The notes: generated by a model not told the origin, from the letters alone. A DNA stretch of 64,000 bases from Iphione sp. A-MEVVRFRX5 (GCA_976226885.1 OZ320316.1:26040001-26104000), one strand, 5' to 3'. Numbered from the stretch's first letter, positions 1-13,489 are shown. Program-made: numbers and translations.

Positions 1-589
1 AGAATGCTCATCCAGGCAGAACTAAATTACTTCCACTTGATTGAATGGCTTGTGGGGGACAATAGGCCTCATTGGTCCCCTTCTTGGGTCTACGTGGATT
101 ACGTTAAATGCATCATTACATCAACTGAGGACGCCGGACCCTAACGTCCGATGGTGTAAAAGTTAATACCTAACCCAGGTTAACACCTAGGTTATGTGTG
201 AAGCACTTCTCAGGAGAGTAAGGAAGGGTATTGCAAGGTACCACTGGATGTGGCAGAGTACCATAGTATGGTGCACGGTGCGGCAACTCCTTTTCTCATT
301 GTTTTTTTTATGCAAGTATATATATATATATAGGTTTCTGTTTTAGATTATAGAGGAAGGCATGCTGTAGCTAGGTGTTTTGTAGGGAAACCGAGAGGAC
401 TGGAATACCCACGTGACGGATTAATAACGGGCTACTCTATGTTTTTGTTGCCGGTGGTATGTTTTGGCAAGGTAGTTTTTGTTATGTTCCCGTGCAGCAG
501 GAGGTAGCAGTACTCCTCTAAGACCTCTTCTTTATTTTATTGGTTAACACTGATACGGTGCATCGTGGAGGTAGGAGGGCATCATGCAG

Positions 590-591
<2 letters not shown>

Positions 592-662
<71 letters not shown>
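592..662. repeat. (GA)n microsatellite
   Basis: Pure GA dinucleotide run of about 70 bp. Confidence 0.98.
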
Positions 663-665
<3 letters not shown>

Positions 666-2099
666 GAAAGAGAATTTGTGTATACATATGCGCATGTGCA
701 TAGGTGCATACATGGGTACAGTATTCTGTGTACATGGGTTTGTGTAATAATTTGTGTGTGTGAATGTGAATGCATATCGTCATGAAAACCTTTAGTTCCT
801 ACGTTGAGTGACAGGTGGCTACCTGAGATACTTCGCCGTGCAAACGAGCGGCCCACATGCAGAATCAGTTGTCTGCCGATGCCTTGACAGCTCGCGTCAT
901 CTTGTCAGTCTCCAGGTATTTGTACTTGGCTATATTCTCCTTACTATTTTAACTATGATCATTGTTGCAGGGTGGCTTTTAGTCCTTCCTGCTTTCTGCT
1001 TTCTGTATTTTCTCTACGTTTTCCTGTATATAGTTCATGAAATTATACTGCTTACCCCAGACGCTTCAGCCTCGACAAAATTTTGATTGACAATGGTAGG
1101 AAGTGATGTATCACAAATGGTGGTATTCATTGCCAGTCTGTGTGGAAAAGTGACGCCCTTCAAATGGACTTAAAGTCAAATGAAGAGGGAAGCATCCAGC
1201 TCTGCCACGGTGCCGGCATTGTCTCCCTCCAGAAGGTGTTGTTGCAAGGACAGATTCCAATGTCCATGCATTTTACTGACTTGCAGTCTGGCATGTGGTG
1301 GTAAATGCAAACATCAGAACCCAGGGGTAGAATGGTGTCGATAGAATAAATTTGGTTCTGGACTCCCTGTCAGCCCATTGCCTCTTATCAGTCGATCTCC
1401 CGACTGACGCTGTTATTAATATTGGGCATCCGTCCCCTGTCACTCGCTATGACACACATCAGTTTTCTTTTGTTGGCAAATAATTCTGCTGTGCCAGACT
1501 TGTCTGCTGAGGAGGAGGACTTCATTTGGTCAGCCATCTTACAGATGAAGTCTGTCTACTTCAGTAAGCCTAGACATGGAGTCAGACATTGTTGACCTGG
1601 CCGAACAATGTGTGCACAGTGAGTATCAGGCTCACACAGCCACAACTTCAGTTCAATTCAAAAATAATTTATTTCCCCACTGTCACTGCGAAGTAGCGGT
1701 TTTTACAGAAAGGAAGATATACTTACACCACTTGCACGGGCCATCTACCTCTTCAAATGGGATGATATATGAAATGAATTAGAGAAATTATAATTATACA
1801 TAGATAGTAGATAATTGTAGTAATGCATACTATTATTGACCTGATTCTCAGTGAGGTTTTAACTGTTTCAAATAAGTATTATTCTGCACATGGACAGTAA
1901 ATCACCCTGTCATTTCTATGAATGGCATGAAGGTAACTCAAAACATAAGCACCTTGATAAGCAATGGATCTCTTCGTTTCAGTTGATTTTGGCAGTGGTA
2001 GACAGAAAGCTGGTCCATCGTCAAGCATTGTTACATTGTTAGAGCCTTCCTTCCTCTGTATAATACTCTAGGGGATTGACCTAAACATAAGATTAGTTA

Positions 2100-4400
2100 A
2101 GAAAATTTCTCTTCTAAGGCCAATTTTGGGGATTCTATAAAACATATATGGATAATCTATTGAAGTAGATATATTTTAATGATATGTTTTCTGTATTAAA
2201 TCTTAAGTTCTGGTTTGTATCCTTTGTATTCTCTCTTGAATTGATAGAGGAGCGCAGGTAATGAAAAAACTACAGTAATCTATCAAAGGTAACATTAAAG
2301 TTTTGTAAATTGTAACATACACAAACTCAGTCAACTGATATCTGACTTTGAGTAAAATGAACAGTTCTACTGATTAATTTTTAATAATTTGTTCCAAGTG
2401 AGATTTCATTGTCAAAGCACTGCCTATAATCAACCCTAGATACCTGTATTGACTAACAAACTCAATTCTCATTTCATTTATTCTGCAAATTAACAAATGC
2501 ATATCAATATCTTTTGTAGTTGGAGTCATTGACATATATTTGATTTTACTTGTATTCACTATCAGTTGACTACCCTACACTAGGACTCAAATTCTTTACA
2601 GTCTTCTAGCATTTTTAAATGCAAATTCATCAGATTTCTCTCACTTGAAATAATAATGGTGTCATCTGCAAACAGAGGTGGTTCACCAGATAAAGACAAA
2701 GCAAGGTCATTAATATACATCGAAAATAAGAGGGGGCCGAGTGATGAACCTTGTAGAACTCCTTATGATATTTCAGCTATTGTTGACGAGTAGCTATTTA
2801 TGTAGCAATATTGTTTCCGTTTTGTACAAAATGAGTTAAACCACAATAAAGTTTTATAAGAAAAATTTAAGTCATGTTCAAGTTTAAATAGTAGTAAATA
2901 AAGGCCTTGCACAGGTCAACAAAGAGCACTGCACTATATTAAGTACAGTTGTATTGAGTCTATAAATAATTAAGAACTTTCTGAATTGCTTTATGGGTAC
3001 TTCTCTTTTTCCTAAAACCAAAGTTGGTTTGTACAGAGCAGTGAATTCTCCTCCAAATGTCGATATAACCGATTGTAAATCACCTTTTCAAGTATTTTTG
3101 ACATCAATAGTAGTAAAGATCTGGGATTGTAGTTATTGCGTTGGCTTTTGTCCCCTCCCTTATGAAGTGGAAACACACATTCTCGAAAACATAGATTTAT
3201 TAGACGTTGTGTTTTTCATGATAGCAATTAACCAGTCCAAGCAAGTTTAATAATGCTGTCATCTTTTGATTATCAACTTTTTGGTTTCGAAATACTTGTC
3301 TGTTACATACAAAAGGTTCCTGTAGTATCCCAATTCCGCAACAGTCATCAACATTACGGATGTGATAAAATTCATACCGATTTATTGCTTGAATATCTTC
3401 TTTTATGTCATTATCATCCTTATCTGGTATTAATTGGGTTCTAGTTATATATGTAGGGTCCCATGCTAATCGGGAATATTCCAGTCTACTGTTCTGCTCT
3501 GCGGTGTATGCTTGTTATTGGTAGCTATTATACCAATTAGTAACGAGGTTGATGTGATGATTCTAGTTAATGTTGCAGTATGATTTATATTACTAAACTT
3601 AGATACCATTAGTTTCAAATTCTCAGCTGATTTTTGCTCTTGTAGCATATTAATATTTACATTTCCTAGTATTACTTTATCACCGAGTTGGACTCCTCGC
3701 CACGTTTTTTATAGTGTTACTATATATCCCTTCTCAAATTAAGGCAAATGCAGTCACTGAGCCATTGGGGGCCTGTAAACTTTTAATAATATTGTTGTCT
3801 TCCAATAAGTTGGCTTGACCACTATACCATGTAACTTAATATATTGATTAGAACAGTTCAGCTCTTTGTATAGTTTATCATCATATTGAAAAGTATAACT
3901 TATGTACATCATAAGTCCTCCTAGAGATTTAGAAGAATTAAATTAGAAACGTTGCAATTGTCAATAGTCAGTTTACTCATGTTTTGATCAACCTGCTTGC
4001 ATAAATCAGAACATAAATCATCTTTGATTTTCTGTTCGATCTCCTTGGTCTTGTCATAATGTGATGTTCAATAATGACAGTCATACTAGCATATGTTTAT
4101 ACGTATGGTATCAGCAAATGCTTAGCTTTGATTGCAAATGGCTCCTACGGTAAGAATATCCTGCTTGGTTCTCTTCAACATTGCAGATGTATTTTATCAT
4201 CGATTCAGCCCTATACACATTTGACCAGATATATTTGCATATGTTCATATATAAATCCTATCCCTACAACAAGCCTAGATCGTATGTATATTAGCCATAC
4301 AATCATATGTTTCCGGTCCGCTCACAAAAAGCGTGCTACCAGGGCGCCATCTTGGATATCATGTGCAATCTGTGATGCTTGATTCTTTCGTTTGTGAATA
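2100..4400 (-). pseudogene. Decayed CR1/L2-type non-LTR retrotransposon ORF2 (reverse transcriptase), many stops and frameshifts; limits approximate
   Basis: Minus-strand motifs in correct order: LFVDLCKAF (~2900-2925), GVLQGSSLGPLLFSMYIND (~2708-2765), LFADDTII (~2652-2675), NTSKIKYM...VSQYRYLGLII (ORF 2374-2559). Confidence 0.85.
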
Positions 4401-4992
4401 AGACCATATGGTCTCAAATGCCCAAAGAGGCCTAATGTCAGGTAGAGGGTGTGGCAGAGAATTCTCGTTGACCTATGTCATGGCCTAACTCCTTTGCTTT
4501 GAGGGCATATTATTCTCTACAACTGCAGAAAGTTTCCGTTTGGGTGCCCTAAGTTGGCCAAGTTTTTAACAGACTCCCGTCCTCTACTTGCTCTTGAAAG
4601 TCAGGGCCTCACCGAGTTGAGGCACTAGGAGATAAGGTCATGCCTGACACATGATTTCCAGAAGGTGATGTCAGACAAGGTTTCTCTGTTAACCATCCGA
4701 TTTTTCCGGGACATTCTGTCAGATTCTCTATGAAATATGGAAATCCTTAATAAACTGTATTGGAAGATTGGTGGTGCTGAATAGAAGCCGGTGCCAAAAA
4801 GCTTACAGGCTGCCAGTAACCAGACCAGGGGTCTTGGGTCCAGGAAGTGCCAAGGGCAGAGATGCTACTTCCATCCCTGTCCCTATACATCTTGTCAGGG
4901 CTATTAGGCATACCAGGGCGAACCACAGCCGCAACCCCAGATTCACCCAACTGCAGAAGCGACAGCCTCCTCAGCTGAGGAAATAGTGTATA

Positions 4993-7209
4993 CAGGGGAC
5001 TCCCTCCCCGCGTCTCCAATGCGGACGCGTCTCAAATCCGGACGATTTGACGCAGAACGAACTGCTTTCCTATAGTTAAGCATTATGAGCTGACGTCTCC
5101 AATGCGGACGCAAAATTTAGGGGAGCGCCTCCCTCCGGACGCTCGGTGTCGCGCGACAATTCTTAAGAAATACAGCTAAAATCACTTCAAACGGGGGCCG
5201 CCGGACCCCCAGAAGCCCGTGTTGTCGCTGTTGCTTTGATATTCGCTCAGCGAAACGGTTAAAATCGTCACCTAGAGGTGCTCAGACCAGCTCAAAGGCC
5301 CTGTCTGCGTCTCATCTACTCACACTTCGCTAATTGCAATTAACACCCTGGGCTTTTGGCGGGCTGGAGATGCATACATAAGGGGGTGGCTAGGGGTCCG
5401 AAAAATCAATTCGCCTCCTGACACGAACAAGACAACATGCCTGTGGCCAAGAGCACCTCAAAGCGCAGAGACCTTACTCTGAGGGAGAAGGTGGACATCA
5501 TAAAGCATAGTCCCAATAGAAGTCTGCAACAGCTCGCTGAGCAATTCGGAGTGGGCAAGACCCAAGTGGGCTGCATCTTGAAGCGCAAGGCCGAGATTAT
5601 GATAGACTACGAGGGATCCACAGACCCTACCGCCAAGCGAAAATGTCTCTCAGCTGTATCGTCTACACTTGATGAGAAAGTCTTCGCATGGTTTTCGAGG
5701 ATACGTTCCACCCACGTCTCAGTCTCTGGTCCAATGCTATGCACAAGGGCTTTGGCCGTCTCCAAGGAACTTGGAATGCATGATTTCAAGGCCTCCTCAG
5801 GGTGGCTGACTCGCTTCAAGAAACGCCATTGCATTGGGGCATTCAAAGTCTTTGGTGAACGTGCTGGCGTGGATGAAGCTGCAGTGGAGACGTGGCTCGA
5901 AAAACTCCCAGACATCCTGAAGGGTTATTCACCAAGGGATATTTTCAACGTCGATGAATCCGGCTTGTTTTACCGTGCTCTCCCCGATCGTACCCTTAGT
6001 GTGAGGGGGTCCGACGTCTCCGCCCACAAGAAATCCAAGGAACGCATTACAGCCATGTTCTGCGTGAATGCACTGGGCGAATTCCAGAAGACCCTGGTGA
6101 TAGGCAAAGCTGCCCGTCCAAGGTGTTGGCGGAACGTAAAGGACCTCAATGCACTCCCTGTTGTGTGGCGCAACAATAGGCGTGCATGGATGACGACTCT
6201 CCTATTCGAAGAGTGGCTGCATTCATTCAACCGAAAAATGCGTGCTCAGGGTCGTCAGGTCATCCTCCTCATGGACAACGCCCCCTCTCACCCAGGAGGC
6301 CTCAAGCTCAGCAACGTCAAGGTCGTCTTCCTCCCACCTAACGCTACCTCTGTCCTGCAACCACTAGACCAGGGTATCATCCAAGCCATCAAGCTTCAGT
6401 ACAGAAAAGCACTCCTGGAGTATGTGGTCACCAGGCTTGATGAGGCAGACCCCAAGGCAGCAGTGGCCTCAGTGGACATGCAGCTGGTGGTCAACTGGCT
6501 GAATACTGCAGTCAAGTCAGTCAAGGCCACCACTGTGGAGGGGTGTTTCATCCGGTCAGGCATCAGGCCAGTGCCTGATGATGAAGAGAGGCTGACCTCC
6601 CCACCCCAGCTGGATGATGAACCACTGCTGACCCTGCTGCAGAAGATCCAAGAGGGCATCCCTGATGAGTCCAGGATGACTCCAGAGGAATACAAGGCCT
6701 TGGATGAGGATGAACCCACTGAGAGTCCTGAAGAAGAAGACTGGGCAAAGGATGATGAGGAGGAGGAAGAAGAGGTGGAGGTGGAGGTGGAAGTAGAGAA
6801 GTCTGACATGACAGACTCTCAAGTCCAGGAAATGCTCCAGAAACTGAAAAAGCATTTCCTGGCAAAGGGAGACATGGACTGTGTAGACCTATTGGATCCC
6901 TTGCAGCAATGCCATGCCACCAGATCAAATGCAAGGAAGGTTATCCAGCCCACCATTTCTAGCTTTTTTAAGAAATAAATTGCCTCTTATCATGTACATT
7001 ATGTCTATTTATTGATGAATAAAATGTCTAAACTAATGTTATTGTCTTTGTTCAGTGTATATCATTTGTAGAGAGAGAGGGAGAAAGGGAGTTCATTTTC
7101 TAGTTAGACCCCCGGTCTGTATGTACCCCACGTCTCCAATGCGGCCGCGTCTCAAATGCGGACGGTTTGGGGGAGAACCAAGGGTGTCCGGAATCGAGGG
7201 AGTCTACTG
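4993..7209 (+). mobile_element. Tigger/pogo-family DNA transposon, full length
   Basis: TA at 4991-4992 and 7210-7211. Ends CAGGGGACTCCCTC / (rc) CAGTAGACTCCCTC. Subterminal CGTCTCCAATGCGG motifs at both ends. Contains transposase ORF. Confidence 0.93.
5437..6978 (+). CDS. Tigger/pogo transposase (HTH_psq, CENP-B-type HTH, DDE_1), 513 aa, uninterrupted
   Basis: LTLREKVDIIK...QLAEQFGVGKTQV; FKASSGWLTRFKKRH; catalytic FNVDESGL, LLMDNAPSH, QPLDQGII; acidic tail. Confidence 0.96.
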   Translation: MPVAKSTSKRRDLTLREKVDIIKHSPNRSLQQLAEQFGVGKTQVGCILKRKAEIMIDYEGSTDPTAKRKCLSAVSSTLDEKVFAWFSRIRSTHVSVSGPMLCTRALAVSKELGMHDFKASSGWLTRFKKRHCIGAFKVFGERAGVDEAAVETWLEKLPDILKGYSPRDIFNVDESGLFYRALPDRTLSVRGSDVSAHKKSKERITAMFCVNALGEFQKTLVIGKAARPRCWRNVKDLNALPVVWRNNRRAWMTTLLFEEWLHSFNRKMRAQGRQVILLMDNAPSHPGGLKLSNVKVVFLPPNATSVLQPLDQGIIQAIKLQYRKALLEYVVTRLDEADPKAAVASVDMQLVVNWLNTAVKSVKATTVEGCFIRSGIRPVPDDEERLTSPPQLDDEPLLTLLQKIQEGIPDESRMTPEEYKALDEDEPTESPEEEDWAKDDEEEEEEVEVEVEVEKSDMTDSQVQEMLQKLKKHFLAKGDMDCVDLLDPLQQCHATRSNARKVIQPTISSFFKK

Positions 7210-8791
7210 TACATTGCTTTTCATTGCTGGAAACCTGGTGTCTACGTAGAGAGCAAAGACAGTCCCTGACATCTGATCCAGAGGTCCTGCAGGCAATGGT
7301 AGGGTATAATTGGTATTTGGCCGTGACATATTTTAGATGGTACACTGGAGCCCAGTTAATCTTGGGTCTCTGGAGGTAACTTTCATTGATGATGAACTTT
7401 GAAATCATCTCTGAGGTGGTGGAGGTTCCTCTGAATGTCTATTCATCTGACATCTTTGATCTGGAATGATTTTGGTTGTATAAGCTTAGTAAGCCCATTT
7501 ATAATAGGCATTTCACGATTGGGACTCTAGAATCTGTTACATCCCTTTATTTTCTGGGTTGTTTATGGTCTCTGGGGACCTTTAAAAATGTCTTACCATA
7601 CCATACCTACTTGGCATCATAACAGGTAGTACAGTCGAATGCTGATTTCCAACCATAATGTTAAGCAACCAAAACCTTAAACATGACCATTTGAGCTCCG
7701 AATGGAACTATTTGCCTCTATTAACATATCTATCAAAATACCACTATTCAGGCAGACCGGTTTGCGACCATACCAGTCTTATGACGACACGTCTTAGGGT
7801 CAGATATCCTGCAACTACATGTGCTAGGGTCATTTCTATTGGATTTGAGTATCACTTTAATTGTGTAAGATGCAACCAAAGATGTTAGTATGACTTGTCT
7901 GATGTCCTAGCTCAGAAATTCAGCCACAAATGTTTAAATTCATGCAAATTCATCTGGAAAACAGCAAAATTGCTGAAAACCGCAAAATTCATGCAAATGC
8001 AGCGAAACCATGGTGGACTAATGCAAATTCGGCCAAGAAACTGAAATTCATGCAAATCCAGGTAAAAAAAAGGCCAAGTTCACGCAAATTCTGTCAAAAA
8101 CCAGTGTTTGCAGCCTTATTCCTATTATATCTTACCTCAGACTGGTATGGGACGAAAAACCACTAATATGACCAGTTGAGCTCGGAATAGAAGGGTGGTT
8201 ACAAAGCAGTATTTGACTCTATCGGGTTTTCCCTCGGCAGACCTATGCATATTTTTCATGAAATACTTCTTACACGAGGGTCTTCGTCAGATGAATGTTA
8301 TTCAAATAGAGATCTCAGATGTTTTGCAGTATTTAAAACATTTAGTACTAGTTACTGATATGTGTGTTTGTGAAAACTTTGTTGAAGTTAAGGTGATGAA
8401 AACTGAGAAAAAGAGTGTGCTTGAAAGAAAAGTATATATAAAAAATATTGAGCAAAAACATGTTATCAATTCAAAACGAAACAGTCAGGCACAGAACATA
8501 AAGAACAAAACTAAGTCAGACACACACAAAACAGTTAACCAGCAAGGATGCATCTCTGAGCTGCAACAAAAGTAAAGCTATAGGCGAATTGAAATTGTAG
8601 GATTGACATAGGACAAATGAACAAATACTACTGATGACCAATAAAGTGAAGGCAGCTCTAACTTCAAAATGTTGAAGTCATAACTAATTGTCACCTAATT
8701 ATATGAATTCTTGTTTTTATATGCTGATTAACATTCCAGTATTAGTTGGCTTGTTTTTTTCACTGTTGTGGTATTGCTTTTGCACTTGCAG

Positions 8792-8914
8792 GTAAATGTC
8801 TATAAGCAGCCGGTAACTGACGCTGGCAAAAAGTCCAAAAAGGGTCGTTTGTCCCTTGAACAGGAAGATGGAAAATATGTAACAAAGGAAGAAGGCACTG
8901 GGGATCCAAACAAG
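8792..8914 (+). CDS. NAMPT: NAMPT penultimate coding exon
   Basis: ttgcag|...|gtacgt, phase 0/0. Encodes VNVYKQPVTDAGKKSKKGRLSLEQEDGKYVTKEEGTGDPNK, matching the NAMPT C-terminal motif NVFKDP...KSKKGRLSL...VTLEEG.GD. Confidence 0.95.
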
Positions 8915-11230
8915 GTACGTTTATCTAGATATCAGACTGCTTTCTGCCCAAACCAGCCTGAGACCACATGTCTTAGGGTTATTTCTATTGGATTTGAGTA
9001 TCACTTAGTGGGCAGATGTGTTAGTGCAGCCCCTCAGATGTCCAAACTCAAGTTGTTGAAGGGATATTCATTGTCCATGTGTGACCAGAGATGTTAGCAC
9101 GACCCTTCAGAAGTCCATTACTCAGCATCGAAAGGATGTTCATTGTATACCTGCAAACAAAGGAGTTAGCACGACTTTTAAATTCATACAAATTTGGCTG
9201 AAAACTGCAAAATTCATTAGGTAAGATGTCTAAGGAAAGATGAGAAGAACCAGAGAGAAGGGAGGAGAAAAACAATAGAAAGGATGATGATGAGATAAAA
9301 GGGAAGGAGAAGGAATATTTATAGGTGGAATCAGAAAGAGAGCAGTTCTAGGTTGTAGGGCTATCCAAAATAATATTGGGCATTAATATCAGTTGAGTTT
9401 ATTCTTAAAGTGTGTATTAGTAATTAGTACATGTACATGTATTTTGTTTTAGATATTTTTGTGAGATGTGCGTTCTTGATTGTTCTTTCTTGTGCTAGTT
9501 ACAGTTTCTAAATTTATTGATGTGCTAGCTGATATATGCCCTGTTTTGTGTCACAATGTGCAAAATATATACAGTGTACAAGTGGATGGCTAGGTTGTTA
9601 CATGTATATGCAATCACATTGTGTAGTATGGTCTTGATTTAGGAAAAAGTGGCTCATAGTTGCTGATTACTGTGATGCAGCTGATTCACATTAGGTGGTT
9701 GCTAAATTTCAGTACGGTTCTATTCATTTCAGTTTTTTTCTTCGCTTGAATGAGTTGGTCACGCTCGTTCGCATTCAGTTGCTGAGCATTCCATTTCTCT
9801 ATATTTCTATAATATACAGAGTTTCTTACATAAGTGCTCTTGGAGGTGGGTGCCAGTCCATCTTGAAATGTGTTTCAAAGTTTGTGGTACACGTTTTTTA
9901 TCTGTTGTACTTGTGGTGTAACTACTCCGATATTGCCTTGGTTCTAGCTGTTACCCCTAACAACCGCGTGGAGTGTTATTCTGTCTTTGATAGTGGGTGC
10001 AGCAGTACCAAGTCACCCTGTGGGCAGCTTGACTGAATTACGGAAAAGTTCGGCTGGTCCCAATAGATTATTGGTGACCCGCCTCATGGAGGTGGAGGGG
10101 AGGCCATAGTAATGCTACTGTCCAACCATCCGACCATCCCTCGTGATCTTGTTGGTGTATTTGCTTTTAAACCAGTGTATCAAAGGCTCAGATTTGTTAA
10201 TTTGATGTTCGCTTATGTGGATGCTTGATTGTGGTGTATTTTGATATCATTTGAAGTGATTTAAGCGCCAGAACAAAGGGATGTTGGACCTTTTCGTACA
10301 TACGTACACACATGCTCTATCTACCGTTATAGCCTCATTGCATCAGAGAAACACGTAGTGAATGATATGGGGGGGGGGGCGGGAGAGTGCTTGATGGCCC
10401 TTTGTTAACAGTTATGAGTGCTAAAGAATCGCGGGCTGGGGGACCATAGACCCCATAGGTGTCCTTTCCGTTTTGTATAATATATTCCACTCAAGAAGGA
10501 ATGCGACGCACAGATAAGAAACTGCGCGACCCCATTGGTGGTCGTCATTCTGGGTCTTTACTGAACTGCTTTTTGTCTGTACGTTGTATTGCTATGTAAT
10601 CTGTAGACGAGTGGTTTCCTATCAAATCTTCCAGTTTCATTGTTGTTTGTTTAATGGGTTTATACTATCTTTATTGATTTCATAATCGAACCCATGTCTA
10701 TATATTTTTTTCAATTAAAGATGAACATATCCAAACACTGAGAGATTCACGCCTAACCATGTAGTTCCCAACGCTTGATTATTCCCTACAAGATTATAGA
10801 CAACCATAAGAGATGTGTCCATTCCATGACTATGCGACAAAAAGAAATCTACAAATATTGAACCCCTATTCAGTTTCGTGCCATCAAATTGGCATATCCA
10901 CAAAATTATACCAACGTTGATAATGTATTCTCCACGCCATGACAGCTTGGTTTCATCTGGTGGCCTGACACATTTCAAATCAGACCCCAAACACCCAATT
11001 CCTTAAGAACGTATACGTTTAAAATGTTGGTGCGTGTGCATGAGTGTCCGTTGTAGCAGGGTGTTAAATGATCAGAAAATGTTATCGAGCACCTGGCGGT
11101 TTCAGTTGGTCTTGAAACTTGGGACAACTTTTGTCTCCGACCGAATCAATCAGAAATTATATATGTGCACGACGAAACATATCTCTGTCTGCATATTGTT
11201 GTATGATACTAATGCCAGCATTTCTTTCAG

Positions 11231-11341
11231 GACCTATTGGTCACCGTGTTTGAGAATGGGAAGCTGCTGAAGGATTACGACTTCGAAGAAATTCGTGCCA
11301 GAGCCGAGATTCCCCTCGTCAAATACCACCACAAACGATAG
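11231..11341 (+). CDS. NAMPT: NAMPT last coding exon
   Basis: tttctttcag acceptor. Encodes DLLVTVFENGKLLKDYDFEEIRARAEIPLVKYHHKR*, matching NAMPT DLL.TVF.NG.....F.EIR. Confidence 0.95.
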   Translation, partial: DLLVTVFENGKLLKDYDFEEIRARAEIPLVKYHHKR

Positions 11342-13489
11342 AGACAGCATCCAACAGCAGGAAGAGTATGGGCGTACGAAAAGCCTGACTAGACATCATC
11401 TATACAGCTTTTTTTTTATAAGCTCATTTCAAACTATGGTCTCATGTTTTCAGTGCGAGCAAATACATGTATTTCATTTTGCGCCTGAACTAATAATTCC
11501 ATCAAGGTCTTCACCAAGAGACGAGCGCTTACATTAACATGCATCTATTAGAGGTACATATCGACTACTCGTGTTTATGTTGCGCACAAAGCTAGAAGTG
11601 GCGCATTTTGCAATCTGTGCTCCAGAATCTCTAGATTATGTCATTGATCATGTGGCAGAATTATGTGATACTATGGGACTTAATTAATGCAGGGCTTGGG
11701 AGGAAGGGAAAGATTGCATAAACAAGCGTCCTACACTTTTTTTCGCTTGTGGGTTTAGCCCATTGAAACCCTCCCTTTTGAATGGGCTAAATCTAGAAAT
11801 AAAGTCTTCCTGCTCTCGACGTATGGAGTTTGCGTCTTACCAGCGAGGCACAAAAGCAGCTGAGATAGATTTATGTGAATAGGTATGTACTATGAGAGGT
11901 TACAAAGTTTCCACAGAGACTTCCCAACGACGGCCCCCATGGGACCATGCCACGTATGGCCCCATACTCGAATTCTGTTAATAGTACGAGTGCCTTGTGG
12001 GCGCTCACACACTGGGCTTTCCACTACCTGTGTGTGAGTCTGCTTCTCTCTGTCCCTCCTTTCAGTCTGCTCGTCCACTCACCCTCAATTGTAAGTTCTT
12101 GCCTGAGACCACCATCACTGCTGACGTCATTCAGGAGCCTCTGTATTCATGCACGATCGTGGGGCACACATGCGAAATCATGCCTTTTTATATACATGTA
12201 TATGTAAATAAAAGTTTGTATATATGCAATCATATGTTGTGCCTCTGGATTTGTACATGTACGTGAATGGGTCCAACTAGATGTCACTATTCCTGTTCTT
12301 TCTCCTCCTCTTTTTCCTCCTCCTTTGACTCATCTATAAGTGGAGCTCTTACACCTCGCAAAGGGTGTCTTCTGGACATGTTATCAGATTTTCGTTTACT
12401 CCTACGTTTCCTCGTACGCTTAGTACTAATGCTTTATGGTCTGACCGTATCAGCCCCTTTCCCCACCATCTTGAGTGAGCTAGCGGTGTCCTATCTCTCT
12501 TACTCATACTCCTTCGTTTCTCTGCTCCTACTCCTTTTCATCTTCCTGTTCTATTTTCTTACTGTGTTGCTTCTACGTTTTCTGCTACTCTCGTTGCCTA
12601 AACATTCCACTCTTTCCTCCTACTACCACCTATTATCCTCCTGCTACCTAAACTGCTCGTTTTATATATCTACTTGCAATCTCTCCATATACCTGAGCAT
12701 TGTGCAACTGGCAGCTACATTTCAGCAGCTACTTTATAGTTTGTCAGACTGGCTAGTGATTCGAGAATGGTCAGTTCGTACTCTGCAATGAGCAAAATGC
12801 GCACTTTCTGCTTTGGCATACCAAAACTTACATATCACAGGTCTTTACTCACACATGAAGTCTAAAAAGTAGGGGTCGGTAACAGTGTTTAACTTACTTA
12901 GATGTAAACTTTTCCTCTTACTATATTTAACCCATGTAGCACGTGCAATATCATGTGATGAATTACGAGGATAAACTTTATACACAAAAACACAGTACAT
13001 TCCGTCCTATAGAACCATATATTAAGATAACGTCTGCATGATTTGCTTAATAAAGTGGATTAGATAATAAAGAGACTTTCTTGTTTCTGTCCTCCAACTG
13101 TAAAATGAGAATGATCAAGTCAGAACACGTGAAATATACATTGCATAAATTGGTATTATGGTGAGCCACGACATGGTGACGAAGGGAGACGCCAGTGGTG
13201 CCACCTGGGGCGGAGTCGGTGCAAGCGTTTCCCCTTGTTTTCGGTAATCGGCAGGGTTTTTTTTCTCTTCTAAAATCTGGTGTGTGCGCTTTGAATGGCC
13301 ACCTTTGGGCAAGATGTTGAGAAAGCAGAAACCGGATGCATCAAGTAATCGGTATGATTTTCGATTTTCAATCTATTCCAGAAAATGAAACTATGTAAAA
13401 CTCTTCTTCTTACAACCCACATATGAGATCCATTGCTTACCGCTATTATTTACATGCCCCAAAACTCCGTTCCGATTGAACTGTAGGAT

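Noticed and set aside
165-212. AACCCAGGTT...CCTAGGTTATGTGTGAAGCAC, resembling a PIF/Harbinger-type MITE end
   Set aside because: Only one end visible; no partner TIR or TSD identified.
518-856. Four overlapping ORFs with ERERER / SLSLSL runs
   Set aside because: Artefacts of the (GA)n microsatellite.
1090-1340. Cys-rich broken frame resembling a transposon CXC tail
   Set aside because: Too degraded to assign without a search.
5607-6934. Minus-strand ORFs over the transposase, including a poly-Ser one
   Set aside because: Shadow frames of the GC-rich Tigger ORF and its acidic tail.
12267-12791. 174-aa Leu/Phe/Ser-rich ORF resembling a membrane protein
   Set aside because: Pyrimidine-rich low-complexity strand; no domain motif or splice support.
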